Assembly (NCBI GenBank): GCA_964556285.1
Contig: CAZKVW010000004.1
Location: 248-64,247 of the forward strand
DNA: 64,000 nt
Direction: 5' to 3'
Source of the DNA: an uncultured Muribaculaceae bacterium
Lineage (GTDB): Bacteria; Bacteroidota; Bacteroidia; Bacteroidales; UBA932
Below are positions 40,585 to 47,947 of the stretch, piece after piece; within the stretch, counting starts at the first letter, position 1, and each line of letters begins with the position of its first letter. The notes below the pieces were generated by a model. The model had not been told where the DNA came from. It saw only the letters and a list, made by a program, of their open reading frames with translations, and made no database searches. A program made the translations under genes and the position numbers.

Positions 40585-40599
40585 ATGCAACGAAGCGAC

Positions 40600-41601
40600 A
40601 TGATCAAGACATTCAAGATAATCGGGGCCTTTGCGGCTGCAGTGTGCGCCGTGTCCTCGTGCTATGACGACTATGTAGGGGACTATTCGGAAGTGGCCTG
40701 CGGATTTGCCAACCAGACGGATGTGCGCAGCTTGATAGTGGGCGAGGGCATGCGGTTTTCCACAGGGGTCGCTCTTGGCGGGACCATCGACAATGGTGAG
40801 GACAGGTACATATCCTTTGAGACGGACTATTCGCTTGTCAACAGCAGCACCTTGTCTGCGCTCACGACCCACACATTCTCCTACATCACTAACATCATGA
40901 AGAATGTGCCCTCTATCGAGGCCATGCCGGCGGACATGTACAGTTTTGAGACTGGCAGCGGCCGCCCGGGGCAGGCTCTGATAGCCAAGGGGACTCACCT
41001 CGGGCAGATAGGCATACAGATTGACTCGGCCCGCTTCCTTGCGGACGAGGGCAACCTCTACCCCAAATATGTCATCCCCATTACCCTGACGGACGGGCAC
41101 GGCACCGGTCTCATATCCGGACGGGAGTCCACCGTCATAGGGGTGCATTACGAAAATATGCTCTTCGGCAACTGGTATCACGGGGGATATGCGGAGGTCA
41201 CGGACGCTTCAGGCGTCGCGCTCCGTACTGACGTATACGCCACGACCGTGCCTCAGGACGAGAGCCGGGTGTGGTCGCTCACCACGGTCGCACCGTTCAG
41301 CCTGACCGCCAACGGGGTCGGGGCGGGCAACAGCGGCTCGACAGCCCAGATGAAGCTCACGCTCAACTCCGATGACAGCATCACCATTGAGCCGGTCTCC
41401 GGCGCCTCTTATACTGTTGAGCCGGACGGCGAGAGCCGCTTTGTGCGCAGCCGCTTGCTGCAGGACCGCAAGATAGTCCTCAATTACAAGTACACCTCCG
41501 GCGGGGAGGTGTATCACGCACATGACACATTGTCATTCCGCAACCGCATCCGTGACGGTGTGAATGAATGGCAGGACGAGAACACTTCACATTATGAATA
41601 G
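40600..41601 (+). CDS. PUL accessory lipoprotein (DUF1735-type N-terminal domain)
   Basis: Lipobox VSS-C-YDD; AMPADMYS and KYVIPITL recall DUF1735; C-terminal GNWY...RDGV..W domain; position after susD. Confidence 0.65.
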   Translation: MIKTFKIIGAFAAAVCAVSSCYDDYVGDYSEVACGFANQTDVRSLIVGEGMRFSTGVALGGTIDNGEDRYISFETDYSLVNSSTLSALTTHTFSYITNIMKNVPSIEAMPADMYSFETGSGRPGQALIAKGTHLGQIGIQIDSARFLADEGNLYPKYVIPITLTDGHGTGLISGRESTVIGVHYENMLFGNWYHGGYAEVTDASGVALRTDVYATTVPQDESRVWSLTTVAPFSLTANGVGAGNSGSTAQMKLTLNSDDSITIEPVSGASYTVEPDGESRFVRSRLLQDRKIVLNYKYTSGGEVYHAHDTLSFRNRIRDGVNEWQDENTSHYE

Positions 41602-43084
41602 GATGTTTGGCACTATATTGGCCCTATGCGCGGCCATCTGCTCCGTCCATGCTTGCTCGGGCGGGGAAACTTTCGTCATACCTGACGTCTATCCGGACGA
41701 CGGGCCGTCGCAGGGCGGGGACACCCTCGCTGTGAGAGACCCCTATGAGGTGGATTGCAAAAAGACGGTGTCCACTTCCACATGGACGACCTACAAGGCC
41801 TATACCGTGGACTGCATAGAGGGATTCTCCCCGTCATCAGACCCCGACACAGACCAGTATGGGGGGTGGCAGAGGACTATAGGCAACACGGACGGCTATT
41901 TCCGTGTGCAGCAGCATGACGGGAGGTGGTGGCTAGTGGATCCGGACGGCAACCTCTTCTTGAGCAAGGCTGTGGCCGTGTTCTCTCCTGGAGGTTCTGA
42001 ACGCCAGGCGGCGAACATCGCCTCCAAATTCGGCAGCAACTACAGGTGGGCGCAGACCGAGACCACATTCCTGAGGGAGCAGGGCTTCAATTCGCTCGGA
42101 GCCTGGTCATCCGTGGATTTGGTGCGGACGCTCCCTGAACCCATGCCGTATACCGTGATCCTCAGCCCTATGGGGAGCTACAACGGGGCTCTCAAGGCGT
42201 CCGGCGCGGAGAGTGACGGGTACGCAGCCGCCGGATGGGAGGGGTATCCCTATGATTTCGCCATGGTGTTTGACGAGCAGTTTGACACTTATGTGGAGTC
42301 CGTGATGAGCAATGCCGACAAGTACAAGACGGACAAATACCTGATAGGATACTTCATCGACAACGAGATACCGTGGAAAGACTATGCGCTGGAGAATTGC
42401 CTGACCAAATGGCCTTCCACACACATCAACCACCAGAAGGCGCAGGCATGGCTCGATGCCCGCAAGGGCAAGAGCGGCTGTACCATCGACGATGCCACGG
42501 CTGCGGACAAAAAGGCGTTCATTGCGTACTGCTATGAGACCTACCTCTCCAAGGTGGTCACCGCGCTCAAAAAGTATGACCCCAACCACCTTGTCCTCGG
42601 CGACAGGTTCAACCAGTGGAATTACGAACTGCAGAACGAGGAGATGTTCAAGGTCGCCGGGCAGTGGTGCGATGTCATCTCTGTCAACCATTACCAGAAA
42701 TGGCAGCCGACTCTGGCGGACATGCGCAATTGGGAGAGCTGGAGCGGCAGGCCGTTCATCGTGACTGAGTTCTATGTCAAGGGGCTGGACTCCGGCATGG
42801 GCAACACCACCGGGGCCGGCTGGGTGGTCAAGACCCAGCATGAGAGGGGGCTCTTCTACCAGAACTTTGTCAATGAGCTGCTCAAGAGCGGGGTGTGCGT
42901 CGGCTGGCACTGGTTCACTTATATGGACAACGACCCGACCAACCCTGACTCGGACTCGTCCAACAGGGATTCCAACAAGGGCATAGTGCAGTGGGACTGC
43001 ACACGCTATGACGCCCTGATTGAGCAGATGAAGCAGATAAATGACTGCACCTACAACCTTGCCCGCTTCTATGACGCGCAGTAA
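41594..43084 (+). CDS. Clan GH-A glycoside hydrolase lipoprotein (GH50/GH42-like, often labelled agarase); substrate unknown
   Basis: Lipobox VHA-C; GYFRV...GRWWLVDPDG, GFNSLGAWS, GYFIDNEIPW (acid/base Glu), DPNHLVLGDRF, PFIVTEF (nucleophile Glu), VGWHWF. Confidence 0.75.
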   Translation: MNRMFGTILALCAAICSVHACSGGETFVIPDVYPDDGPSQGGDTLAVRDPYEVDCKKTVSTSTWTTYKAYTVDCIEGFSPSSDPDTDQYGGWQRTIGNTDGYFRVQQHDGRWWLVDPDGNLFLSKAVAVFSPGGSERQAANIASKFGSNYRWAQTETTFLREQGFNSLGAWSSVDLVRTLPEPMPYTVILSPMGSYNGALKASGAESDGYAAAGWEGYPYDFAMVFDEQFDTYVESVMSNADKYKTDKYLIGYFIDNEIPWKDYALENCLTKWPSTHINHQKAQAWLDARKGKSGCTIDDATAADKKAFIAYCYETYLSKVVTALKKYDPNHLVLGDRFNQWNYELQNEEMFKVAGQWCDVISVNHYQKWQPTLADMRNWESWSGRPFIVTEFYVKGLDSGMGNTTGAGWVVKTQHERGLFYQNFVNELLKSGVCVGWHWFTYMDNDPTNPDSDSSNRDSNKGIVQWDCTRYDALIEQMKQINDCTYNLARFYDAQ

Positions 43085-43113
43085 GGCTTAAGACAAGACT
43101 TGGAGGATATGAG

Positions 43114-44478
43114 ATGAGACTTGCGATACACAAAATTATGCTGCCGCTGGCTGCTGCCGCTGCCTTTGCAGCTTTCTGCGCTTGCGAGGAAGATTCGCAG
43201 CCTGTGCGCTACGCCGCGCCGCAGGTGAGCTTTACCATGCCGTCGTCCGATGCCGTCTCCGCAGCCGTGGGAGACACGGTCGAGTTCTCGGCTGCGGCAG
43301 TGTCAGGGGACAAGGTGTCCGTGTCTTGGTACATTGACGGGACGCTTGTGTCGAGCGCGTGGAGCTTCGGCTATGTCTTTGAGGCTCCCGGGAGCTATAC
43401 AGTCCTTTTTGACGCGCACAACGGGGCCGGCTCCGTCACGCGGGAGTACAGCGTTGAGGTGTCAGACCGCCTGGACATCAGCCTGTCGGTGGGGGACTCC
43501 ACATCTGTGCACCGGCTTCAGCTGGACCTGCTCAAGGTGGCTGCCATAGTAAATCTCGGTTCGGGAGTGATGCACCAGTGGAGCGTGGACGGCGAGGTGC
43601 AGGGACACGAGGCTTTCTTCGGCTCGTTCGCCCTGTCGGAGGCCCGCTCGTATGAGGTCAGCTACAGGGGCAGCAATGACGCGGGTGTCTTTGAGAGGAC
43701 ATTCACTGTGATTGCGGACGAGCGTCCGCTTGAGATATCATTCTCTGTCACAGATGAGTCCATAGCGATACTCTCCAACAACAGCATATCCATCACGGCT
43801 AATGTGCTGTATGGCGGCAGCGGCCTCAGCCAGAGCTGGTATGTGGACGGGGAGATGGCCGGTGACGGGAGCACATTCGTGCGGTATTTCAACTTGGCGG
43901 GGGACTATGTCATCCGCTATGAGGCGGTCAACGGCAAGGGGGAGACGGTCTCCAGGACATGGAATGTGAGCGTGACAGCCTCTGGCGACCTGATGGACGA
44001 CTTTGAGGATTCTGCGATAGGCTCATGGTTCAATCTCGGGGAGAACAGCCCGGGCATCCATCTTGTGACCAACCCCCTGCCAGAGGGGCTCAACACCAGT
44101 GCGCAGGTGCTGTGCGACCAGGTCGCCGGATCCGGCAGCACTTCGGGGTATTTCACTCTCAAGGCTTCAAAGCTGCTCTCTGACAAGGGTTTTGACGTGT
44201 CCAAGTATTCGGGGATACGCTTCAAAGTCTATCTCGGGAACAACAAGTATTATCCGAGGGTTGACTACGGAGGGACGAAATACGCGCCCGTGTCTGCGCC
44301 CAAGTTCCAGAACGAGTGGGAGACGCTGGAGTACAAGCTGCCTGTCGGCAAGTTTGACAACGGCAAGAACATCGTGTTCCGCATGATGTACAATGAGAGC
44401 GGTTCCAACATCTCGGGATACGACGAGGCGACCAACAACAGGACTGTGTACATAGATGACATTGAATTCTTTGAGTAA
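43114..44478 (+). CDS. Surface lipoprotein: three Ig/PKD-like repeats plus C-terminal putative glycan-binding domain
   Basis: Lipobox FCA-C-EED; three ~85-aa repeats with W.[IV]DG and Y.V...A.N motifs; C-terminal domain ending VYIDDIEF. Confidence 0.7.
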   Translation: MRLAIHKIMLPLAAAAAFAAFCACEEDSQPVRYAAPQVSFTMPSSDAVSAAVGDTVEFSAAAVSGDKVSVSWYIDGTLVSSAWSFGYVFEAPGSYTVLFDAHNGAGSVTREYSVEVSDRLDISLSVGDSTSVHRLQLDLLKVAAIVNLGSGVMHQWSVDGEVQGHEAFFGSFALSEARSYEVSYRGSNDAGVFERTFTVIADERPLEISFSVTDESIAILSNNSISITANVLYGGSGLSQSWYVDGEMAGDGSTFVRYFNLAGDYVIRYEAVNGKGETVSRTWNVSVTASGDLMDDFEDSAIGSWFNLGENSPGIHLVTNPLPEGLNTSAQVLCDQVAGSGSTSGYFTLKASKLLSDKGFDVSKYSGIRFKVYLGNNKYYPRVDYGGTKYAPVSAPKFQNEWETLEYKLPVGKFDNGKNIVFRMMYNESGSNISGYDEATNNRTVYIDDIEFFE

Positions 44479-44479
44479 T

Positions 44480-45940
44480 ATGAAAGACTTTTGCAGGCTG
44501 GCCGCTGCTGCGGCTCTGCTGACATGTCTGGCTGCGGCGTGCTCCGACAAAGGGGAGCCGCAGGCCGCCCCCGCCGCTCCCAAGGTGGAGTTCACGATAG
44601 AGGATGACTTCCTGTCAGTGCCGGTGGACAGCTCGGTGCGATTTGTGGCCAACATCATTGAGGGGACAGACCTCTCCACAGGATGGTGGGTGGATGATGT
44701 CAAGATAGCTGAGACTCCCGGGGTGACATGGACATTCTCGCAGCTGGGCACATTTGTTGTACGCTTTGAGGCTGCCAATTCACTCGGAACTGTGGAAAAG
44801 TCTTATTCGGTCACGGTAAACGGCATACCCTTGCAGGTGGAGTACTCCGACCCTTCGGAAGAGGTCTCTGCTGTGGTGGGGACTGCGCTGGAGCTGTCCG
44901 TCACCGTCACCGGAGGCGACAAGTCCGTGCAGCACCTGTGGACGCTGGACGGGGAGAGCGTGTCCGACGGGACGGCATTTTCGTATACATTCTCCGAAGC
45001 GGAGGCTGGCGTGCATAGCGTAGCATACTATGGAGTCAACAGCGACGGCATGAGCGCGTCCCACGCGTGGACGGTGAACGTGTCCGACTTGCCGCTGGAG
45101 TTCTCGTTCATCCCTTCCGGGACGGATGTGAGTGCGACAGAGGGGGATGCCGTGGAGTTCTCCGCGACCGTCCTGCACGGCTCCAAAGGGCTGTCATGCA
45201 GCTGGACGCTGGACGGGACGGAGGTGTCTTCCGGCACTTCGTACAGCTATGAGTGCACCGCTACAGGCACTTTCACTATTGCGTTCAGCGCGTCCAATGC
45301 CGCAGGGGAGAGCGTCTCCAGGAGCTGGACTCTGAACGTCACGGAGCACGTGGAACAGACATACATGTTCCTCGACGCGGAGAATCTGTCCGCAGTGCCG
45401 TCATTTGTCACCGGCAACAATGTGGGCGGGGTATCTGTCGTCCAGCTTGTCACCAACCCGTATGTCACTGCCGCCAATTCCGGCACGAGGGCGTTTATCG
45501 ATGACCTCCGTCCGACCTCCTGGGCCAATTCGGGATATGTCCAGTTCATGACATCGTCCGTGCCCGGCTCGGAGCTTGCGAAGTACACTGCCATAAGGGT
45601 CAAGGTGTGGATTGGGACGAGCGAGTATGTGCCTCACATGACTCTCGTGCGGTCCGGCAACGAATCCAGTCTGCCGACCAAGGTCAACGGGGAGGACTTC
45701 TATCCAAGTGCCTCTACTCAGGCCAATTGGGAGAGCCTGATACGCAGGGACGACTGGAATGTGCTGGAGTACAGCGTCGTGACCGGCAATTATCCCAAGG
45801 CTGCGGCGACTTCGCTCGCTGACATCGACCAGTTCCAGTTCAGGATGACCGTGGGCTGGTCTAACGGCAGCGCCTCCAAGGATGCCTCGTCCACCAATTT
45901 GAGGTATGTGTACTTCGATGATGTCGAATTTGTGGAATAG
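44480..45940 (+). CDS. Surface lipoprotein paralog: three Ig/PKD-like repeats plus the same C-terminal domain
   Basis: Lipobox AAA-C-SDK from ATG 44480; three repeats with W..D[DG]; C-terminal domain ending VYFDDVEF. Confidence 0.7.
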   Translation: MKDFCRLAAAAALLTCLAAACSDKGEPQAAPAAPKVEFTIEDDFLSVPVDSSVRFVANIIEGTDLSTGWWVDDVKIAETPGVTWTFSQLGTFVVRFEAANSLGTVEKSYSVTVNGIPLQVEYSDPSEEVSAVVGTALELSVTVTGGDKSVQHLWTLDGESVSDGTAFSYTFSEAEAGVHSVAYYGVNSDGMSASHAWTVNVSDLPLEFSFIPSGTDVSATEGDAVEFSATVLHGSKGLSCSWTLDGTEVSSGTSYSYECTATGTFTIAFSASNAAGESVSRSWTLNVTEHVEQTYMFLDAENLSAVPSFVTGNNVGGVSVVQLVTNPYVTAANSGTRAFIDDLRPTSWANSGYVQFMTSSVPGSELAKYTAIRVKVWIGTSEYVPHMTLVRSGNESSLPTKVNGEDFYPSASTQANWESLIRRDDWNVLEYSVVTGNYPKAAATSLADIDQFQFRMTVGWSNGSASKDASSTNLRYVYFDDVEFVE

Positions 45941-45950
45941 TCTCTCCTGC

Positions 45951-46012
45951 TGTCATTCTGAACGAAGTGAAGAATCTCGAGGTGAAGAATCTTAAAACAA
46001 AGTGAAGAATCT
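45951..46012 (+). repeat. REP-like palindromic element with two extra partial copies
   Basis: TGTCATTCTGAACGAAGTGAAGAATCT (45951-45977; ATTCT/AGAAT stem, AC-GAA-GT inner hairpin), then GTGAAGAATCT again at 45982-45992 and 46002-46012. Confidence 0.75.
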
Positions 46013-46044
46013 GTGAAATGATTATGTTAAAACTACATACTATT

Positions 46045-46203
46045 ATGACAATGAAAAGATTACAAAATCTCGTAGGGGGGGGTGAATACGAGACCCCCTG
46101 GCTTGAGCTGGCTGATTTCGGCCCAGGCGCGTCTGTCAATTGTGTCAGCACAGGCACGGAGTCGTTTGAGAGCGACGACGAGGAGTATTTATTGCTTGGT
46201 TGA
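46045..46203 (+). CDS. Small ~52-aa peptide with YxxPxL motif, Cys and acidic tail; contains a G8 tract
   Basis: MTMKRLQNLVGGGEYETPWLELADFGPGASVNCVSTGTESFESDDEEYLLLG; AT-rich upstream region; stop 12 nt before the next gene; alternative ATGs at 46018, 46024 and 46051. Confidence 0.6.
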   Translation: MTMKRLQNLVGGGEYETPWLELADFGPGASVNCVSTGTESFESDDEEYLLLG

Positions 46204-46215
46204 GGAGGATGTGCC

Positions 46216-47646
46216 ATGAAGACTGTTAATACCACTATGGCCGCTCTTGCGCTGGCAGCGCTTGCTCTTGCGGCTTGCAGCAAAGAGAACGAAGCCGGGC
46301 AAGGCTTCTCATCAGACGGCATCCAGCGTTATCCCGTCAGCTTTGAGGCTGTGGGAGAGGGAGGCGGAGTCAAGACGACGCTCGGCGAGTCACGCAGTGT
46401 CGTCTGGACTGCGGGTGACGCGATTTCCCTGCTCTATGTAAACGACGGCGCCACCGCCAACGACAAGCTGACGACCACGGCTGGAGGGGCTGCCTCCGCG
46501 ACATTCTCCGGAGATGCCGGCACGGCCACTGACGGGGTGTACTATGCCGTATATCCTTATGCCGATGGCACGAGCCTGAGCGACGGGGTGTTGAGCTACA
46601 CCGTGAGCAACGGCACACAGGCAATCGGCGCCGCGGGCTCGTTTGGCAGCGGCTACAACGTGTCTGTCGCCAAGACCAGCGGCAGCTCGCTCTACTTCCG
46701 CAACCTCAACGCTCTGGTCAAGTTCACCATCCCGGAGGAGCTGGACAACATCAAGAGGATAGACTTCTTCCCCAACGGGGCGAGCGAGTCGTTCCGTGGC
46801 ACATATTCGGTCACGCCGTCGGAAGATGGCGAGCCGGTCATCTCTTTTGCTCCAAACACTGACGCCCGTAATGTAGGCGTGGAGTACGGGGACGGCAGCG
46901 CGTGTTTCCCTGCCGGGACGTACTACTTCACCTGCCCTCCGGTGTCCCTGGCCTACGGGTTCCGCGCCAAGGTGCTGTATTCAGACGATTCTATACAGTT
47001 CGACATCTCCGGGACACCTCTCACGCTGGTGCGCAACAAGGTGTATAACATCGGCACATTCGCTTACAAGGACTCGTTTGTATACGACGACTTCGAGGAT
47101 ACCGAAGTCATTTATGGTCAGACCTCCTTGACTACAGCTGCTGGGTCTTATGGAGGGAATTCAGGGGCTCTGTCCATCGTGGCAAATCCGTACGGAGGCG
47201 AGGGGATGTCCAATACCAGCGGCAAGGTGCTTAGGGATGACATGTCTTCATCCTCAACCGGCACCTCCGGCTATGTCACTTTGACCCTCAGCCAGAGCAG
47301 GCTGCCTGGGAACGCGCGTTCCAATTTCAAGGGCATGCGCGTCAAGGTGTATCTTGGGAGTGCGGCTTATTACCCTTATTTCCAGTTTGGCAGCACGAAA
47401 TGTCTCCCCTCAAAGGTGAACGGCACTTCCATCTCGTCCGCAGATGATTATGCCGCTCTGACTCTCAAGAGCAATGATTGGAATGTTTTTGAGGTTACAT
47501 TTCCCAGCGGCTTCAGCCTAGGCAATAATGATCAAGTGCAGCTGCGCCCCTTCTCAAAGAGCGACGGCAGCAGCATAGCGGCTGGCGCAGCTTCAGACAC
47601 CAACCCCCGCGTCTGCTGGATAGACGACTGGGAGTTTACCTGGTAG
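46216..47646 (+). CDS. Fimbrillin-like (type V pilin-like) lipoprotein with C-terminal putative glycan-binding domain
   Basis: Lipobox LAA-C-SKENE; VK|TTL...VVWTAGDAI, ATFSG, YYAVYPY and LYFRNLNALVKFTI motifs recalled from Bacteroidales fimbrillins; C-terminus ends CWIDDWEF. Confidence 0.65.
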   Translation: MKTVNTTMAALALAALALAACSKENEAGQGFSSDGIQRYPVSFEAVGEGGGVKTTLGESRSVVWTAGDAISLLYVNDGATANDKLTTTAGGAASATFSGDAGTATDGVYYAVYPYADGTSLSDGVLSYTVSNGTQAIGAAGSFGSGYNVSVAKTSGSSLYFRNLNALVKFTIPEELDNIKRIDFFPNGASESFRGTYSVTPSEDGEPVISFAPNTDARNVGVEYGDGSACFPAGTYYFTCPPVSLAYGFRAKVLYSDDSIQFDISGTPLTLVRNKVYNIGTFAYKDSFVYDDFEDTEVIYGQTSLTTAAGSYGGNSGALSIVANPYGGEGMSNTSGKVLRDDMSSSSTGTSGYVTLTLSQSRLPGNARSNFKGMRVKVYLGSAAYYPYFQFGSTKCLPSKVNGTSISSADDYAALTLKSNDWNVFEVTFPSGFSLGNNDQVQLRPFSKSDGSSIAAGAASDTNPRVCWIDDWEFTW

Positions 47647-47697
47647 TCTTCCATTCTGCACGCGGCGCGGCTTGACGCCGCCGCCCTTGGTGACTGC

Positions 47698-47743
47698 GAG
47701 GATGACCCGCGAGCCTTGAGGCTTGGGGTCATCCTCTTTTTTT
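47698..47743 (+). terminator. Intrinsic terminator closing the PUL
   Basis: 11-bp stem GAGGATGACCC/GGGTCATCCTC with inner GAGCC-TTGA-GGCTT pairing, followed by T7. Confidence 0.88.
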
Positions 47744-47825
47744 GTGGCGAAGGCTTCCGGAGGGGACTGCCTGACGCATCTCTGGCGGGTCGGAATATGG
47801 AGAGGTGCGGGCGGGTGAAGAATTA

Positions 47826-47857
47826 TTTGCTGATATTCACAAAATTGTCTAAATTCG
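47826..47857 (+). promoter_or_regulatory. Probable rpsA promoter
   Basis: TTTG 47826-47829, 20-nt spacer, TAAATTCG (one mismatch to TANNTTTG). Confidence 0.5.
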
Positions 47858-47947
47858 CCCCGCCTTTTGGGGGCGGGCCGGCGTGACAGCCGGACGTGTC
47901 CCGTGGCACAAGACATAAAGTTACACCCACTAGTTTTTTGAGACATT

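Larger units (their letters stand above)
28701..47743 (+). other. ECF-sigma/anti-sigma regulated polysaccharide utilization locus
   Basis: Co-oriented, tightly spaced sigma, fecR, susC-susD-susC-susD, accessory lipoproteins and one glycoside hydrolase, closed by a strong terminator. Confidence 0.88.

Noticed and set aside
45951-46012. CRISPR array
   Set aside because: The repeats are 11-nt fragments with 4- and 9-nt gaps, far below CRISPR repeat and spacer sizes, and there are no cas genes.
46045-46203. Lasso peptide or other RiPP cluster suggested by the YxxPxL motif
   Set aside because: No cyclase, B1/B2 peptidase, RRE, radical SAM or dedicated transporter gene is present in the window; only trans-modification remains possible.
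46202-46208. Shine-Dalgarno-like GAGGAGG before the pilin ATG
   Set aside because: Bacteroidota generally do not use SD pairing, and a single purine-rich heptamer is not enough to claim a function.
45861-46322. 153-aa minus-strand ORF
   Set aside because: It contains RFFTSRFFTSFRMT, which is simply the translation of the REP-like repeat, and it lies antisense to better-supported genes.
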